From Lingula anatina (Eukaryota; Animalia; Brachiopoda), in the NCBI GenBank assembly GCA_051362555.1, contig CM120640.1, forward strand, positions 7,254,001 through 7,318,000: a DNA stretch of 64,000 nucleotides, in the 5' to 3' direction. The first letter of the stretch is position 1, and each line of letters starts with the position of its first letter. The position numbers and the translations under genes were made by a program. The notes beneath the pieces were generated by a model, which saw only the letters and a program-made list of their open reading frames with translations, searched no databases and had not been told where the DNA came from. Positions 60,823 to 64,000 of the stretch are shown here, piece by piece.

Positions 60823-61274
60823 TAAAATGTTGGAATTCTTCTACGGGAGCTTTTATGTGCCAGACAAATAGACACAGGGTCGACTTCTTTTTTTCCCTTG
60901 TCAAAGACGCTTTGTTAGGGGATGCAGTCGAGGTGGTGTTGTCACTTAAGACTTTCTCTTACGTTGGTTCCAGGAATCGTTACAGTTTGCATTGTGTCGT
61001 GTGTCCTTCTTAATCTGACAGAGGCAGCGCACATCGTCGCATTTTCTGTCACACCGACGCATTTTCTGTCACCCCATAACAGCAGTCACCATACTGGATA
61101 CACACAGAGGATAGCAGTTGCAGTGGACCTGGATCCTGTATTTACCTCCCCTTGCACAGAGCCATCTACACGACGTCAGAGTCACGTCTGAGAGGAAAGA
61201 AGAGGTTTCACTACTTTGTCAGATATTTTTCGAAATATATACTTTTGACTGGGGGACTCTTTTTGTGGTTTCAT

Positions 61275-61520
61275 TGTGCATTCCACCCTCAGTGGTTGAC
61301 GACTATAGTGTGACGTCCACGCGCATTCCACTACTGAGGGCGGAATGCACGTGGACGACTCTAGTGTGGCGTTCACGTACATTCCACCCTCAGTAGTGGG
61401 CGGCAACATCTGTGGTATCCCCTTGTGAATTCTACCCTCAGCAGTGGGCGACTCTTGTGTGATTCCCTTGTGAATTCTTCCCTCAGTAATGGGCGTCTTT
61501 TTAGTGGTCATCCCTTGCAC
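61275..61520. repeat. Degenerate ~41-bp minisatellite
   Basis: Recurring attccaccctcagtagtgggcgactc units, with one inverted unit near 61325-61350. Confidence 0.65.
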
Positions 61521-61651
61521 TCCATCTCTTAGATATTCTGGGTCTCTCGTGGATCCCGCAAGCGTCCAAAATCTCAACGTTTGGCGATTTTACGCTAATC
61601 CAGCAGGTTGACCATTTTCACGGCCAAACTGAACAAATATTAGCGCGCTTA

Positions 61652-61967
61652 CAGTAAATTCAGATAGAGAAGAGCCGAGTGCAAGATAGGCCGCGACATA
61701 AATATGGCGGACCTACATGAAAGGAAGACCACTTAATCGTGTAATGGTCTCTCCGCCTCTCATTTGCCTCCCCACGCGTCGAATCTCGACCGGTTGAATT
61801 GAGCCGAGATATAATTACTGTACCTCTGCAGGGACGACGCGTGGGGAGGCGTGTGAGAGGTCGAGAGACCATTACAGGATTTATTAGCGGTCTTCCTTTT
61901 ATGTAGGTCCGCCACATTTAGGTCGCGGCCTTGCTAGCACTCGGCTTTTCTCGATCTGAATGGTCCC
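61652..61967. mobile_element. Palindromic Harbinger-like MITE
   Basis: ~120-bp imperfect inverted arms (attcagat.gagaagagccgagtgc...cctccccacgcgtcg / cgacgcgtggggagg...gcactcggcttttctcgatctgaat). A right-arm copy lies at about 63581-63684. Confidence 0.7.
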
Positions 61968-62321
61968 TAAGGCGGATGATGACCATGTTGTTGAATTTGA
62001 AATCTCTGTGCAGTCGTTGCGCACAAGTGACGCAGATCAGCGTTTGCTTGTCATTTATATATCTCCCACTCTTTCTGATTAATTGCCGCTGAGCATGAAA
62101 TTACCGAAACACGTTGCCGGCCTTGCTCAAGTCTCGAGTAGCGTGCATTGAGAGCTGCCAGACAGGTATACTTAGGTAGGAAATGACGTTGTAACCGTCA
62201 CGTTAATTGGAATAATTGGTTTGTTATTTCGAGTATATATCGTCAACAAGAGTTCATGAGTTGAAATTCGGTCACTGTCGTGATCACCCAGTGTGCTTTT
62301 CTATGCGCGACATAATGAATT

Positions 62322-62576
62322 CAGGGGCGGATCCAGGATTATTTGAAAGGAGGGGGGGGGGGGGGGTCCGTGGGTGCAAATCCGTCTCCCCCCCCTTTTG
62401 GCGTGGGGTTCAGGGCCTGCTGAATGGCTCCGAAAATGTTGGGAAATGAGAGGGCAAAAAGTGCCATTTGGGACGGTTTAGAACTATGATTCACCTTGTC
62501 AAAATTCTGATTTCAAGAGGAACCTTTTTTTCAGAAAAGGAAACCCTTGACCCCCTCCCCCCCAAATCCGCCACTG
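62322..62576. mobile_element. hAT-like MITE
   Basis: caggggcggatccagg...ccaaatccgccactg termini. Confidence 0.65.
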
Positions 62577-64000
62577 GATGCAGAGATTTCGAATCGCGAG
62601 TGATTAGAACGCGACTCTCTTCATCAACCTTCATAAACGGTATGTCTTTGATCATACATGTACATGCAACGAAATAAAAAACACACATTTGAATTAACCC
62701 AGGGCTGTCCGTATACGACCTCTACACAAGCCGGTGGTAGAACAAGAAATGGCAGTCCCGTGAAATCAGTACAAATTATGGGTTAACAGAAAGTTTCAAT
62801 GAAAATAAAAACACACACATACATAAATGAGAGAGAGAGAGAAAACATCAACAGTAAAAGTGTTGTTGCTATAAAATGGTGCCTGCTTACTCATTTACTT
62901 ACATGCCAAAAAACCATATAGTATGGGGTGCTCTCTCCCTGGGAAGTTTTGTAGGAAAACATGCATCCTACTAGGTCCTAGTCCCACTCGTGGGTCCAAA
63001 GTAGATTTAGCAACCATATACGGTATAGTTTGGTCAAAGCTTTCTGTAATATTTAATTGAACTGTCCATTTAGTGAACCATTTTATGTGGTGGTATACCG
63101 GCTAATGTCGTGATCAAATGGTTACAGATAAGAACAATTCAAATTTCAGTGCACATAGATTTTGTATCAATCTAGGATCCAAAATTTTATTTTGGATCCT
63201 AGTATCAATTAATCGTTCATCCCGCCTTGTCTACTTGTCAGTGATTTTCGAAAGCAGCATCATGTTAAGCCTAGTCGTAAATTGGGTGAGATGTACAAAT
63301 GTACAGTGGTTACATATTTTATACATTTGTCATTAAATATGTACCGTTTTTGAAAATTTACCTACCAGTTAGTCCATCAGACTGTGGGTGATAATACATT
63401 GTCGTCCTCCTCCCACTAATGGTTTTACTGCAGATTTCTTCCATATAATAAGCTTATGGCGGAATTCTCTGCCGTGATAAGATACTATTACAAATGAAAT
63501 CTTATTCCAAAATACACGATATGGCATTAATACAATTCGCACGCTCTAGTCGCCGACAATGACATTCATAGACATTCATTGAGAGACCATTAAAGGATTG
63601 CGCGGTTTCCTTTCATGTAGGTCCGCCATATTTAGGTCTCGGCCTTGCTAGACCTCGGCTCTTCTCGATGTGAATGCTCTCTAAACTAGCAAAAAAAAAA
63701 AATCCATTCAAATATCGTTTTTCGGGTAATATTAAACAATGCCTTGTGGGAATTTTCTTAATTATACTGTTTGAAACTATATGCTGGCATTTGGTTGGTT
63801 TTTGTGGCAAAAAATTGACTTTGTATCATCTTTAATAGGCCTATTTTAAATAAGCACACGTTACTGCAAGGGAGGACACCAAGCGTTAGAGCAGGCTGCT
63901 CCACGCCTTCAACAGCTCCACAAGTTTACAAGGGGAAGTGTTGAGCCTTGTAATAAACGTATGGGACCGGTGAAACTAATCACATAGCTAGAAGTGCGAC

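Noticed and set aside
61118-61577. ORFs 61118-61396 and 61182-61577
   Set aside because: Products of the ~41-bp minisatellite.

Overview
AT-rich, intron-rich animal genomic DNA, probably a lophotrochozoan or mollusc judging by the repeat families (inference). I spliced four protein-coding genes by hand using GT-AG sites and reading-frame continuity: (1) the 3' part of oxysterol-binding protein OSBP (+, 5455-11801); (2) a CCDC117/HPIP-like gene (-, 14374-16637); (3) a 331-aa protein with an acidic tail, a Cbl/SHK-type EF-hand-like linker and an SH2 domain (-, 26900-34299); (4) a 747-aa protein with a short N-terminal helical segment, an apparently active TKL-type kinase and a C-terminal divergent Nudix-like domain (+, 42419-53965). 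Genes 3 and 4 are head-to-head and probably share a promoter region of about 0.5 kb that carries ETS-, kappaB- and STAT-like motifs. This kinase-Nudix plus EF-SH2 pair is the best candidate for an undescribed signalling or immune module. The window also holds an intact Ty3/Gypsy LTR retrotransposon with identical LTRs (34913-41025), two Helentron-type non-autonomous elements carrying ~146-bp tandem arrays, Tc1 relics, a 2.9-kb IS3EU-like foldback element, many MITEs, an RTE-LINE fragment and a decayed PCSK9-C-terminal-module pseudogene fragment. Domain assignments come from motif recognition only; no database searches were run.
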